Source of the DNA: Octopus sinensis
Lineage: Eukaryota
DNA length: 64,000 nucleotides
Direction of reading: 5' to 3'
NCBI RefSeq assembly: GCF_006345805.1
Contig: NC_043002.1
Location: 49,166,001-49,230,000, forward strand
Both the position numbers and the translations under genes were made by a program. Under the pieces are notes generated by a model, which made no database searches, was not told the DNA's origin, and saw only the letters and a program-made list of their open reading frames with translations. Positions 49,161 to 63,659 of this stretch are shown here, in pieces; position 1 is the stretch's first letter, and each line of letters starts with the position of its first letter.

Positions 49161-51401
49161 CACATTTTTTGTACACATCTATGTATGAGGAAACTTTTGC
49201 TTTCGGTTGCACAATAAGTTTTGCTAAATAATATACATACATACGTGTGTGTGTGTGTGTGTGTGTGTGTGTTTATATCTCGTATAGTAATCTTATCAAC
49301 CTTAACTTATTGCTTATGTCAGTCTGAAAATGTGCCTGCGTAATCCAGGACCTGACAATACATTTCTAACCTGGATGATAAAGCAGAGATTATAGGAAAC
49401 ATTTTTGCCCGTATGTCGATTCACTGACGTGTTAATATTATAACATAATGAAGTAGCCAGCTCTGTTGAACAAGAGGTAAATACTCTCGGCAAGTTGAAA
49501 CCGCGATACAGTTTTAATAAAATAACCCAAGTACAAATCAGTTTGTATTACTCGTGCAGCTAAATACTATTGTAAAAGGTATGAATGTCACACTTGCCGA
49601 TTTCTTTTCTCTAAAATACAGGTGGGATTTGTTTAGAGAAAAAGTGTAACTTGTATGATAAAAAATATTATGTCTAACTTAGACATAAAGATCAGTTTAT
49701 CAAACATCATAAAGGAAGTGAATTAGCCTTCAATAAGCAATCAAAATTATATAGTAGTATCATTTATCAAGAATCTGTTTTCGGTTTGTATCAATTTTCT
49801 TCATTTTACGTCGCTTATGCCTGCAAGGAAGGCATAACTGTGTTTCAACAGCTATATACTATCCCCATATAAACAATTTTCCTTCGGTGTTTGTGCAAAA
49901 GATCAAAATTTTTATTAAATTATGGTTATTTTGCAGCAGTAGAATCCTGTCCACGTAGCAATTTCAATGCAACCACACTGTTAATGACCTTTGGAAGAGC
50001 ATGCAAGTAGCAACATCTTATATCTTTAAGTAAAAAAAAAAAACTTTCACTTCAAAAACTTGAAAAATAACAATATTGACACTCTGGCATTCACTGTTTT
50101 CTTTTTGACTAAAGCCCAAGATCTCTTTGAACACTCTTTTATAACTCCGCGAAAGAGGAAAGTGTCAAAATATATACGTTCGGTGTTTATTCTCCTTATA
50201 TTTTGGATTTAAATTTGAAAGGTTGCTATGAAAAGACTCTGATACCAATCCACCTAAGACTGGTTTTGTTTCAATGATAAAAACTTCCTATTTAAAAATG
50301 ATCTATATTTAAAGCTCGTATTAAAATTTTCATGTTGATGAATGTTCCAAACGCCAGCTCAATAACGACAAAGTTATTTTACTAAATTTATCATTTCTTT
50401 TCAAATTAACTGATACAAAGGCAATGTGCTTCAATATAAATATAGTAACAAAAGTGGTTAATCCAACCAAGTTAATTCTGACTTTATCTCTATAGAAGGA
50501 ATTAAAAATAAATACTTCAATTGCTGGGGTTATTGTCAGTAGCTACAGTCCTTCTATAAAAAAGAGTAATCTTATGCCAAAGCTACAAGCATATATTACT
50601 GGTTCTTATTTTATCAACAGTAATGAGGTGGAAGCCAAAGATGTCTTTAGATGGATTTCCATAAGGGCAGTGATCTACTGAAGAAATTAAAGCAACCAGC
50701 GGCCAGACGTTATTCTTAAGTTTCTGTTCTCATTTAAGATGCAATGTTTTTATAATAAATCAAAATAACGACATTTGAATATTCAAATACATATAATAAA
50801 TTGGTTTTAAATCTAAAATTGAAAGCAAAAATTGAAATAGCGGTTGATTAAGTCAGCTGAAAAACTAATATCTGTTGATTGGTTTGCAAGTAATAATTGT
50901 GGGAGGAAATATATGCAAAATAGAGATTGATAATAAAGAGAGAGAGAAAGAGAGAAAGAGTGGGGAGAAAGCGAGAGAGGTGGATAAAGAAAAAGGCAAC
51001 AAATAGGGAGAGAGAGATGATCTGATAGTGAATGATAAAGTAAAAAGAGTTAATAAAAGACAGGAAGAAAGTTGTAGATAGTTATTGATTTTCTCTTGTA
51101 AACATATTAGCTGAGCCAGGAAAATAACTGGAGAAAAACAATAGGCTCCTTCCTTATCATACGAACAAATCATGATATATTTTTGGCACCAACTACTATT
51201 ACAACATAGGTTGGCCATTTGGATAATAGTTTAATCATCAGTACTTCGAATTACACATGTGATTAAGTTTCACACCTTCATCTAACGAGAAATAAAAGGG
51301 AGAAAGATCAATGGAAAACTGTGTGTTTCGAAATTTACTTTATTTTCTGTTTAAATCTCTTTCGCCCTCCCTTTCTCTCTATCTCTGTCTCTCTCTCACT
51401 T

Positions 51402-51433
<32 letters not shown>

Positions 51434-52769
51434 CTTCCCCTTTCCGGAAGCAATTCTTTATCTCTCATGTCCACCTTTATATATTTACCAGTTGATTGAT
51501 ATCTTATATGCAACCATATACTTTTAGTAAAACGCAAGAAGTAGATGGAGAACCAATAAATTTATTGTATCGATAGATGGCGGACCAATAACTTTATTGT
51601 ATCGATAACTCTCCTGCCTTTCATAATACTGATATGTTTGTATCATTTACACTCATATACCCGACTAATATTGCATCTGAACAGAATCATCTGTAGGGAC
51701 ACGAAACTCACAACCCCCCCCCCAAAAAAAAAACCCCAACTGTAACTGTTTTATGAAAAACCACAAAAGTATCAAGACGGTCGATCTGCTACATGAAGCA
51801 AGCAAATATTCCACAAACCACACCCTGATAAGTGACACATCTGATAATGTAGTTTTGGGTATACAATATGTGAAAACAAGATAGGACAGCCATGGGCTGG
51901 AATGACTTCGTTCAGATATCTCAGCTATCGTGTATACCAAAGTTATGAAAGCCATATATGTCTCGGTACCAAAATAGCAGTAACTAGCAGTTAACCTTTT
52001 GACCATTCATTCCCTAGCAGTTCAGAGAAGGAGGAAATTGAAATCCAGAATTCGAGCAAGTGTTTTATGGCCTGTGTCAACCGCAATTAATCAATATAAC
52101 ACTTCATTTGGGGTCTATTAAGCTCACATGAGTACATGTTTCAAATACGTGGTGTCCCCTAACGCACTTTTAATACAAGGGTGTAATCATTTCTTCATAA
52201 TATTTGGCAGGATTAGAAGTATGAGTTTGAAATTAAGAAATAGAGGAAAAGATACATAGAATTTACATATTTATTTACGATGTCCTTAAAACTTCTATTC
52301 AGTGGTAAGTAGGTTTAGCACTATTTCATGCACTTTAGGAATATTCAACATGACCTAATCCAAGGTATATTAACTGATTCGCCTGAGGGCGAAGAAGAGA
52401 AATTGGTGCTGGCACTTTCCCTTTAAGCTGTAATCTAGCCTACAATCTAGGTAGCAGTCAATTCGTTATTTTTCTCGAATGCTCCAATAAACTCTCCTAT
52501 CTGACAAAGTAAGCTCTCCATTTTTGCTACGATGTTTCCTAAAACAAGTTACTACTGCGATCAATAAATTACACGGCCCCAAGAAAATTCTTCAATGTAG
52601 CATTCTCTACTTTTAATTTTTTCGTAATTGATGGTCAGGACCGAATTAGAGCAGCTATCTACCCAAAACATGTCGATATGGCAACAAACACCAGCCACAA
52701 CCTATGTATACCCCGAGAAACTGAAATGCAAATCCCACTAATATATAAAGATTAGTAGTTTCAATATTT

Positions 52770-53088
52770 GGCGCGTGGCTTAGTGGTTAGGTTATTCGGT
52801 TCACGATCGCAAGGCCGTGAGTTCAATTCCCGGCGACACGTTGTTTCCTTGAGCAAGGAACGTTATTTCATGTTGCTTCAGTCCACCCAGCTGGCAAAAA
52901 TGAATAGTAGCTGTATTTCAAAGGGACAGCCTTGTTGTATTCTGTGTCACGCCGAATCTCCCTGAGAACTACGTTAAGGGTACACATGCCTGTGGAGTGC
53001 TCAGCTACATGCACATTATTTTCATGAGCAGGCTGTTCTATTGAATGGATCAACTGGAACCCTCGTCGTCGTTACCGATGGAGTGCCA
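52770..53088 (+). mobile_element. tRNA-derived SINE with CORE-like domain (family C)
   Basis: Head ggcgcgtggcttagtggttagg..gagttcaattccc, then gttgtttccttgagcaagg (CORE-like); related partial copy at about 37740-37915. Confidence 0.75.
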
Positions 53089-53099
53089 GTTATTTAGCA

Positions 53100-53295
53100 A
53101 AATACCAGCAACTTTTAGGAGATTGTAAGCCGATCAGATTGACCCTAGTTAGTGCTCAAATGGTATTTATTTTCTCGACTTCGAATGGATGAAAGGCAAA
53201 TTTGACGTCGGCAGAATTTGAGCTCAGAATGTAAAGAGTCACAAGAAATGTCGCTAAGCAGTTTTCTTGACGCGTTAACGATTCTGCCATCTCCC
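53100..53295 (-). mobile_element. SINE family A
   Basis: Core ggatgaaaggcaaa, B box aatttgagctcag, head taacgattctgcca. Confidence 0.75.
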
Positions 53296-53874
53296 GGCCA
53301 GATTATTCATTGCACTTTTCTCTACTTATTAGTCCATTTGCCTGTATATAAAAGACGCTCTGACTGTGACGTTTTACGTGTATCCAGAATCAACGATTCC
53401 GTATCCAAATAGCTAAGATGCATCTATTGAGACTTGTGAATGACCTTGCAGAGTGGTCAACATAGGATAAACTTCGAGAAATCTATGTTTATGGACCATA
53501 AGACACATTTGAACTCAACAGAGTACATTTTAATTCCGCTTAATCAAGTGTAATTCACGAAAGGGTTCAACAAATATTTACTGACATTTATACGTTTCAG
53601 AGCTGCGGCACAAGTCCAAGCATTTTGTACATTGCATCAAATGTGAAGCTTAACTTTGTGCATTGACCCGGATTTGTTGAGTACATAACAAATTTGCTGT
53701 TTATTTATCCAGGATTCATTACGTTATGCAGACACGTCTGAGGAAACCCCAACAAGGGTCGAAATTCAAAAGTTAAATTTTCCGCGGTTGTATTTCTGTT
53801 ACATAGGGTTACATATGTTATATCATACCTTGACACTGTACGGACGGATGTCTCCGTTGACAGGTCGCTATTAT

Positions 53875-54080
53875 TAACCTTTTAGTGTTTAAACCGGCCA
53901 TATCTGGCCCAAATATTCTACTTGTTTTATATTCAAACTGGCCAGAGACGGCCTCTCAAACATACCTACAATGTCATTCTAAAATCACATTATTGAAATC
54001 TCCAAGCTACAAGATAATGCATGATTAAATCAAAACAATGTGAATAAAAAAAGCATTACATTTGACAGAAAAAAAACCCT
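53875..54080 (+). mobile_element. Possible piggyBac-type MITE fragment
   Basis: Starts ttaacctttagtgtttaaaccggccatat (TTAA+CC terminus); no matching right end found. Confidence 0.35.
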
Positions 54081-54817
54081 AAACACTTATGGTATGCAGG
54101 CTTCTCTGAAGCTAACGGGTTTGTTGTGTATACGTTCGGATTTACTGCTTATTTCCTTAGGTTTGGTCAAGTGATGTATGTACCTCTGATGTGATCCCAA
54201 TAAGGGTCAAAAAACGATTAGGCCTGTTCATCATTTTTTCAACGTAGGGAAAAGTGGTTTAATTTGTAGGTCTGCCATGTAGGTTCACCTGTATTCTATT
54301 GTCACAGTAATAAGAACTGACTGGATGCAGCTTTAATGTGTTATATAACATGACATAAGGAAGAAAAATCTATATACATTGATTTTTGTATATTGAAATG
54401 GAAGTCATAACTGTTATTTTCCAATAAATTCATGGCTGAATAAGTTTGAGGAGTCTAAATCTTGTTTCAGTTGTGGAGTATGTGCAGTCAATAGCTGTTC
54501 ATTTTAGACCTGTTAGTATATATATCTTTCTATCTTTCTTTTTTCTCTCATTATATATATACGTATACATGCGCACAAATATGCACATACGTGCACATAC
54601 ACACGCATGCACTACACACACAGAATCACACACACACACACACTTATAAGACTGCATTATATTTGTAGTGGATAAGATTAAACTTAGGTTATTAAATAGA
54701 AAGCATTAGTATTAGACGAAACAATATTACTAAAATATATTAATATAAGTGGATTTAAGCTATGCGTTTACGTATTTATTTTTATACGTACTTATATACA
54801 TACATACATATGCATAC

Positions 54818-54872
<55 letters not shown>

Positions 54873-55128
54873 TATATATATATATGTATGTATGCATATA
54901 TACACATACATACGTAGTGTTTATGTGTGTGTTTATGATTATATATATATTTGCATGTGTACGTGTACGTGGTCCGACAGATTTAAAACTATGTCTGTGA
55001 ATACTTTGAGAGTGTGCTTATGCGTATTCATAAATACATGAATTTATCTATTCACGTATACAGACATGCATACCTAATACAATCTACTTGCGAGCAGCGT
55101 TTACGAAGGCATATATACATATATATGC

Positions 55129-55167
<39 letters not shown>

Positions 55168-55171
55168 ATAT

Positions 55172-55264
<93 letters not shown>

Positions 55265-55920
55265 ACGCCTGTATGTATATATATATATATATATAAATAT
55301 TGGCGGTGGGAAGTAATGTAATGGGGGATTCATATGAATTGTAAATTTGTCCAACTAGTAGTACGAAAAGAGAAAAAGAAAAGAACTGAAGAGTGAGGGC
55401 TTTATTGACAAAGTGTTGCTGGAAGCAAACGTTAATGGTTTCTTCGATAAGTGTTTAGGCTTGAGGAAATCTCATCGGTGTCTTTTATTATTATTATTTT
55501 TGTATATGTTATTATTATATTTTTGCGTGTTTTTGTTTTTCTCGTTGTTTTTTGGTCTTTCAATTCTATTGCTGCTCTCAACATTATGATAAATACATCA
55601 ATCTAGTTAGCTGCAGAAACAATTCCAACAACCAGACAATAACATCATCTACAACAAAAATATCAACAACTAACACAGCTGAAACAACAGCAAGAATAAT
55701 AACAACATCAGCAATGATAGTAACGATAAAATAACGGTAAAAACGCCAGCCTCGCCGACCAACGACCACAATAAGAAGACATGTTTGTATTGCGTAGCAT
55801 TGATACAACTATCGTCCACAAAGTTAACGCGTCACTATTTCCTCCTTCCTGTGAATCTATTCTATTGTCTCTTGCAAACCTCTAAGTAAGCCAATCACTT
55901 TAAGTTGATCACCAAAAGTT

Positions 55921-55997
55921 TATACATACATACATACATACATACATACATACATACATACATACATACATACATACATACATACATACATACATAC
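55921..55997. repeat. (TACA)n microsatellite
   Basis: Read directly; abuts the 5' junction of R4/Dong copy 3. Confidence 0.95.
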
Positions 55998-56009
55998 GTA
56001 TGTACACAC

Positions 56010-57635
56010 CTAAATACATACAGGGGGAGAACTATAAACCAGACTAACAACATTTCCTTCAATGATATGACTGTTCCCCCTATATCTGATGAAGAATGTT
56101 ATAGGTATCTAGGGGTGGATGAAAACACATCTTACAATGGCACCTGTAACAAAACACGTGTCACTAAATTACAGCCGAATAAAGGAAATTTGGACCTCAG
56201 AACTCACCGCATTCAATAAAAACAGTGGCCCTCAATATGTTTGTAGTGCCAGTACACATATCAACATTTGGGCTGCTTGATTGGACGCTTGACGAGATCC
56301 GAGCCATTGATTTGAAAACCCGAAAAATTTTATCATGCTTAAATAATTTCCACATAAACAGTGACGTAGACCGCCTGTACCTAAAACGAAAACAAGGCGG
56401 CAAAGGCTTAATATCGATCCAAGATGCCTTTGAATGTCGTATCATATCCCTTCGGTGACATCTTTTAACCACCATGTGTCAAAGTACATCCCTTGACAAA
56501 GTTTGCATACATGAGACTGATAACATCATAAGACTCGCAAGGCAATTCCTTTAGCAACATTTCTTGTCTGATAACCTAGAATATATGCCCAAAGAAGTCG
56601 CACAACTATGCCGCAACATATCATCAGATCAAGGGATGAGCTTATATGAGCAGGAGACTATGCACGGATACGTTAGTAGAAAGCTCCGAGATAATTGTAA
56701 CATTGATCATCAAAGCAGTTTATCTTGGATCAATACCCGGATTACTACATCCCACTTTGAAGGGTATGCGTTTGCAATCCTGGAACAGGAAACATCAACC
56801 AACAACCTGATGCACAACAGGGACAAAGATGCAGGAAAAGCAGTAAAATGTGACAACCGATGCAGACTTTGTGAAATTAACCACGATGGTATCGCCCACA
56901 TCATAAGCATCATAATACCGAAAATGTCATCACGGTATTATCTACCGATGAGACATGATATTGTAGCTAGGACACTCTATAATGAAATCTGTCGGAAGGA
57001 TAACCCCGAGGACAAAGAAATAAGAACCCACTGTATGATAGAAGCCATAGCCACTCATAATAAAAAGATGGAATGTGTCAGTGAAGACCTCAGTAAAATG
57101 TAAGCACAACAGACCTGATATAATGATTTGGAATAGAGAAGAGAAACTGTGTACAGTTGTGGAAATTAGCTACCCAGCGGATGTTATCATAAAACTGAAG
57201 ATCAGTGAAAAAGAGAATGCCTACGCTGAACTATTGAGAAATCTGCGGTTACTCTATCCAGATTACAAGTTCAGGTTTATACCTGCAATGGGATATGTAA
57301 CACATTGCCTAAATGCCAATTTTGAGAAATTAGGCTTCTAAAAACCAAAAAGGAGAAAGCTGATTCGAAGACAACAGATTCAAACCATCAGTGGAACTGT
57401 AAATTTTGTAAAATTTTCCAGAAGTTTATTATTTTAATATATATGAGCCTGTGTTACTATGCAAGTATATGTATAAGAATACATATATAAAACAAAACAT
57501 GCAAATCTGAACATATGCATACATACATATGTACATACAAACAAAAATACCCTGTTGTTGATGTTGAAATTCCAATGAAGGAGCCTTGAATCGAGGTTAG
57601 AAACCGGCTCTTTCCCTATTGGCAAGAAGTCTTAA
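56010..57635 (+). mobile_element. 5'-truncated R4/Dong-clade non-LTR retrotransposon, copy 3
   Basis: YRYLG (56100), RLYLKRKQGGKGL (56372), CRLC (56861)..HI..RHD (56951), NRPDI (57108)..VEIS..KISEKE..Y; split over ORFs 55905-56219, 56225-56458, 56564-57103 and 57075-57341. The 3' UTR end is approximate. Confidence 0.88.
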
Positions 57636-58818
57636 AATAAAACTGATACTTATTTTATCGACCTCTAGGATAAAAGATGAAGTCGACCGTGGCAGAATTT
57701 GAACTCGGAACATAAAGACGGACGAAATGCTGCAAAGAATTTTTCCCGGCGTGCTAACAATTCCGCCAGATCGCCACCCTATAACTACTATTAATAACGC
57801 TTTTTGATTAAGGCTCAAAGACAGCAATTTTGAGAGGTATTAGTCAATATCATCAACCCCAGTTCTTGGCCATTTCTTTAATTTATCGAGCCCGAAAAAA
57901 AAGATGGAAACCAAAATTGGCTGATTTCGACGTGATGTGAACCCAGAACCTAAACATCCGGTACAAATACTACAAGGATTTTTTTCCGGCGCTCTAACGA
58001 TTCTGCCAACTTTCCGCCTTTGTAATTATCATTAAGAGTGGTTTCAAACTTTGACACTAGGCTAGTAAATTTTACGATGTAAAAAAAAGTCAACCCTGGC
58101 AGTATTTGAACTCAGTAGGTAAAGAGCCCGAAGACATGCCGCTATGCATCTTCCCATCGTGCTAACGATTCTGTAAGCTTTCCACCTTTTGCTGTTACCA
58201 ATAGCAATGATGGAATTCCTTTCTAATGAAGGCAAAAATGCCAGAAATTTTTAATGGAGATGGTTAGTCGGCTATATCGATCCTACGACTTAACTGGCAC
58301 TTTTTTTATCAACCTCGAAACGACGAAAGATAAAGCTAACTTCGGTGGAATTTGAACTCAGAACATGAAGACAGACGAAAGACCGCTAAGTATTTTGTCC
58401 AGCGTGCTAACGATTTTGCCAGCTTACCGTCTTGTACTGTTATTCATAATAATGGTTTCAAATTTTGACTCAGACCAGCTGTTTTTGAGAGAGGGAACTC
58501 ATGTACATCGATCCCAGTATGTGAATAATATCTATTTTTTCAATTCCGAATGGATGAAGGGCAAAGTCGACTACGGCGGAATTTGAGCTCATTTCGTCGC
58601 CATTAACTGTGGCGGAAACGTTACCGCGCCTGGCAAAATACTTAGCGGCATTTCGTCCGTTTTTACGTTCTGAGTTCAAATACCGCCGAGATCTACTTTG
58701 GCTTTCATCTTTTTGAGATCGATAAAATAAGTACCAGTTCAATGCTGGGATCGATGTAATCGACTTGTCACCTCCCTCGAAATTTCTGGCCTTGTGCCAA
58801 AATTTAAAATCAATTATA
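57636..58818. mobile_element. Train of five minus-strand SINE family A copies plus one plus-strand copy
   Basis: About 57636-57780, 57805-58020, 58040-58190, 58225-58430, 58453-58590 (-) and 58608-58818 (+). Confidence 0.8.
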
Positions 58819-59287
58819 ATGATAATAAATAAAATTCACAGCAATAGGTTAAATGAACGATAGCAAAGAAGAACAGAGGAAATTAATCTGAAAGCAACAC
58901 TAAGACCCACTAGTGTAAAGTTCACATGCATAAGGATAACTGATCAAAACTTCACAACAGAGCAGTCACTCTCAAGTGAGTAGGATATAATGGCTTACTA
59001 TCACGTTACATTCTTGGCTTCTTACACTAGTATTCAGTTTCAGCTTAGTAGGCTGCAGCAACGTGACATGGAGTGCCTTGCTCAAGAATACAACGTATCA
59101 CCCGGTCCAGACCCACGAGCTAATGATCACGAACCCAAAACTGTAAGCACTATGCTAGGATCCTTCTGTATGAAAACAGAAATATTCTACAAATCAAAAT
59201 CACTTCTAAAATACATACGTATATATATATATATATTTCTCTGAAAGTATGTATATAAGTATGGTTGGTTTTGTAAACAAAAGGAAA

Positions 59288-59363
<76 letters not shown>

Positions 59364-59369
59364 TTCTGC

Positions 59370-59409
<40 letters not shown>

Positions 59410-59450
59410 ACGTGTATGTATGTATGCACACACACATACACACACCAACA

Positions 59451-59677
59451 CAAGAGTTAAGGCATGGAGTAGATAAAATCCAGGCTACATATGTTTCATA
59501 GTGAGCGGAAAATCGGAAGTGATGGTAAATATCCAAACTAGGTGTATTCCACAGGCTACTCTTCAGGAAGAGTAGCCTGCGGTATACACCTAGTTTGGAT
59601 ATTTACCTCTTCCGAGGCTCCGCTCGCTATGAAACATATGTAGCCTGGATCTTATCTACTCCATTCCTTAACTCTTG
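59451..59677. repeat. 227-bp palindrome with hammerhead-like motifs (possible Penelope-type remnant)
   Basis: Arms of about 112 bp meeting at 59565/59566, with one 3-nt indel and scattered mismatches; GAAACATATGTA in both arms. Confidence 0.8.
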
Positions 59678-59877
59678 CATTCTTATTCGCATAACCAGTA
59701 ACCCTGGTTGTCTACCGTGAAGTATAAAATGAACTTTTTCAATTTATCATACTTCGATAAGAAAAAATTCACAGACTTCCGTATCGATAAACCGCTATTG
59801 TTCCTGCAAGTTGCTTTCTGTGTTTACTACGGATTGCTTGAAGCTAAGTTTCTTCCTACACCTCGATCCTTGGATCT

Positions 59878-59912
<35 letters not shown>

Positions 59913-60000
59913 GTATGTATGTATATGTATATATATATATATGTATATATATGTATATATATGTCTCTTTCTTTCTTTTGTTATCTTACCGTTTTTACCA

Positions 60001-60118
<118 letters not shown>

Positions 60119-61098
60119 TATATATATGTATATATATGTTTAATCTAGGGCGTACCTGTTGATGAAGACTTCACCTAGTAAATTATTTTATTTGCTAATA
60201 TAAAGTCAGAAAGCATGGATAGATGGTAAATATTTTTAGTTTTCATTCTCTTCGAAATTTATCCCTAATAGTGGTTTGGATTTTGGCTATTCTTTCTAGC
60301 GTGCATACATACATACACGCATGCATACATATGTGTGTGTGTATATATATATCGCATGTATGTACGTATACATGTATGTATATTTGTGTGTATGCATATT
60401 TACATATATATAGGTGCGTGTGTGTATACATATGCATACATACAAATATATATATATATATATTATATATATATATATTTATATATATATGTATGCGTAC
60501 ATACGTGCATAAACATATACATACATAAAAAGACAACAGCAAAGTGGGGCGCCAGCCTGATTCGGCAAAGTACGGCTGTTCATTTTTAGTGTAATGTATT
60601 CCTATGGGTGGATAAACATCTCGTAAACATTGGGATCTTCAGGATCCTCACAGAATGCTTTCATCTTACTGCGGTAGTACATCTGGAGATTACAACCTTG
60701 GCAAAAATCCATCTACCGTCAAACGTAATCCCTAACGTCTAAGCTCAACACTGTAGACTAACCGATAACTTCTCAATCATACAAAATCCCTAATATTTAT
60801 AATTTTATTTTCTTGTGTATCTTATTGTTTGTCCAGCAAAGTATAAAACGTTATAAATCTTTTGCAAGACTTCGTAGTTGTTTTTAATTTCGTAATAATG
60901 TTTAGAAATGTATATTGAATTTGTTCAATATTTTACTGTGGTGGACTTCGCAGGTCGATCAAATTAATATCAGTCAGCTCTTGAATTCTTTTGAATTGTC
61001 TATAATCATGCCCAGTAATATTGTGCCTTTTTGGGAAAGATGGGAAAAATAAATATAGCGGGGTTCAAATCCAGACTGTAATTATTTAATGCATATAT

Positions 61099-61137
<39 letters not shown>

Positions 61138-62109
61138 TGTATACTGTTCCCTAGACGTATGTATGTATGTATGTACACACACACAAAAGATATTGCAATA
61201 AATATTATGATCACTTATATCGAACTTTGTAGCAGAAGCAGGAATATGTAGACAAAGCGCTAATTCTTGACCTAGCTAAATTCATAACCAAATATCAGTT
61301 ATATCACCTCCAGTACTTGTATAGTAATCTCTTACCGATGATATACAACTCACTCTGCTACATAACCATAAGCAAATAATACTACATAGGAAAGCACTAA
61401 TAGACACCATATTCCTACTATACAATGTTCCCTAAAAAGCAGAAAATGATGTAACCATTACTAATAAGGAAACGTAATGCTAAAGTAAACACGTACAGAA
61501 TATAAACACGTGATAACAAATAACTATGTACAGTATATGCCGGCGTACAAGTCGCGATGTTTTTATTTTTAAATGTATAAAAACTATTTGTCATGCATCT
61601 AATATGGCCATATTACAGTTGGAATACTGAGTGTTGTCGGCTAAGGAGCTGGATAAAAGTAAATCTGTTAAGCACAATAATATCACAGTTCGTTAGTACA
61701 AACTTATGAAAAATTGTTTACGGTACGTTGGTAGTTATATGGTGCGGCTACATCATCTCATTCATCCTCAGCATTTATAACCCACGCTTGATATGTGTCG
61801 TATATTATTTACTATGTTATAGTTAAGAAACATCCTTTAACTATGTAAATAAAATTCTTTTAGAAAGAAGTATTAATCCCCTTCTCAGCTATTTGCAATG
61901 GGTGTAAAAAAAAAACGTAACAAAAAAAGAACAAAAAATAGCAGTGTGCCACTCTGGTGTCTGATCATTGTAACAAAAAACATCATAACCAAAAATATGG
62001 TTTCATACTTTGCTTCGGTGTACTGTCTTGTTTACATGAACAGAATCATACATTTTCCTCAGCAAAACCACTTCAATATATATTTCAATAAGTGTCTGAT
62101 GTAATAGAT

Positions 62110-62287
62110 CAGTGGTTTCCAATCTTTTCACAGTTGTTTCCAACCCTTTTATTTAAATGAGTTTTCCCACGGCCCCCTTTTAACATGTTTATCATTATAT
62201 ATATATATATATATATACATATGAAATTTTGAATTTAGTTCACGGACCCCCAGTACTACCTTTGCGACCCCAGGTTAGGAACCACTG
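62110..62287. mobile_element. 178-bp hAT (Charlie-like) MITE
   Basis: TIRs cagtggtttccaa / ttaggaaccactg; 8-bp flanks taatagat / aaatagac (6/8, with the central TAGA typical of Charlie targets). Confidence 0.75.
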
Positions 62288-63659
62288 AAATAGACTAAAT
62301 TTGCTGGGGTTTTTTTTTTCACTAGGAAAATAAGTTGCTTCGTATATGAGAGAGTATTATACGCCGGTAAATACAGTGATTCTTTAACTTCCGCCGGTGA
62401 GTTATGAGTAAATTCTAGCAATATAGTATACACAGATCATAAAAATGCAGTTGCACATCTTGATAATGAAATTATGAAAGTTTCGAAATATTGCTAAAAG
62501 ATTTCGGAACTTTATAGCCCCAAACGAGCTACAAGAGACTTATGAAAAAAGATCAATAAAAATGAACTAGATTATAGTCCTATTTTCAACGCAACACATA
62601 TGCATACGCACTCTTTCATTTCATATAATGAAATAGATATTTGTCTAAAGTATATATTGTGTAGAAAGTTATACATTTAGAAAGAAAGGTGCCTAGTCGA
62701 TGACACCGTATCCTGCACTTCACTGCTACTTATCGACACCGAAAATACGAAAGGCAAAGTCGGCCTACCGCAGGATTCGAATTAGCTTATTTATTCGTTC
62801 ACTGATTCATTGCATGACTGACAACTCACTCATTCACTCACTCACTCGCTCGCTCACTCAATCACTCACCTATTCACTTATTCAATCAGTCACTGAAAAA
62901 AATTGCCTTCTTAATTTTATAGTTATGTATCATGATACGACATAGGATATTTACAACGTTTATTATTACCTAATCACTGATGCTCTACTTCCTTCTATAC
63001 TTTGACACACAGTAAAGTTGAGTATCAATAATAGCCAGGCAGTAAGTAGACATTACCTAATAATATATATCATAATCACACGATATCTATACAACGGACA
63101 TTGTGCGTCTATGAATACATTATTAAAAATAAATCCTATCTGAATCTCACTGTTCTCTGAGGAAGAGTTGTCATATCTAGCAAGCTGGCTAACTGCATAG
63201 AGGTCCCTTAACAAGGAAGATTTATGGAATTAAATATGGCAAACATATAATGAGAGGCGGAAACTCTCATAATGAGACCACAAACGAAAAAATCACTTTG
63301 ATTTTACATCGATTAAAACATTGTTAGAGAATATAGTTGCTCAGTGGTGGAAACTTTTTTTATCCTTTAACTCAAATGTCTTTATCCTTATTTTTTTCTT
63401 AACTTCATGAAAGTCTTACAATTGATACGCGACAGATTAAGATCTGATAATAGCCTGCCAACTGATCAAACTTGATCTCTGAACTCCAGTAGGCCCCCCC
63501 TCCTTCTCCCCTTCCTCTTTGCAATTCGTTGTCAGTTAATCTGAGTTTCTCTTTCTCTTTTCTCTTACTCCTGTAATCGTTTATGTGCAAAGACTCGCAC
63601 GCATGGACTCACAAATATTTACGCATAAACAAATAAATGCATCAACTCAAACATTCTTT

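Noticed and set aside
49790-50000. Weak hAT-like LRGQ..AA motif on the minus strand
   Set aside because: A single degenerate motif with no supporting neighbours.
52150-52620. Possible Tc1 transposase remnant on the minus strand
   Set aside because: Resemblance is too degenerate and no TIR pair was found.
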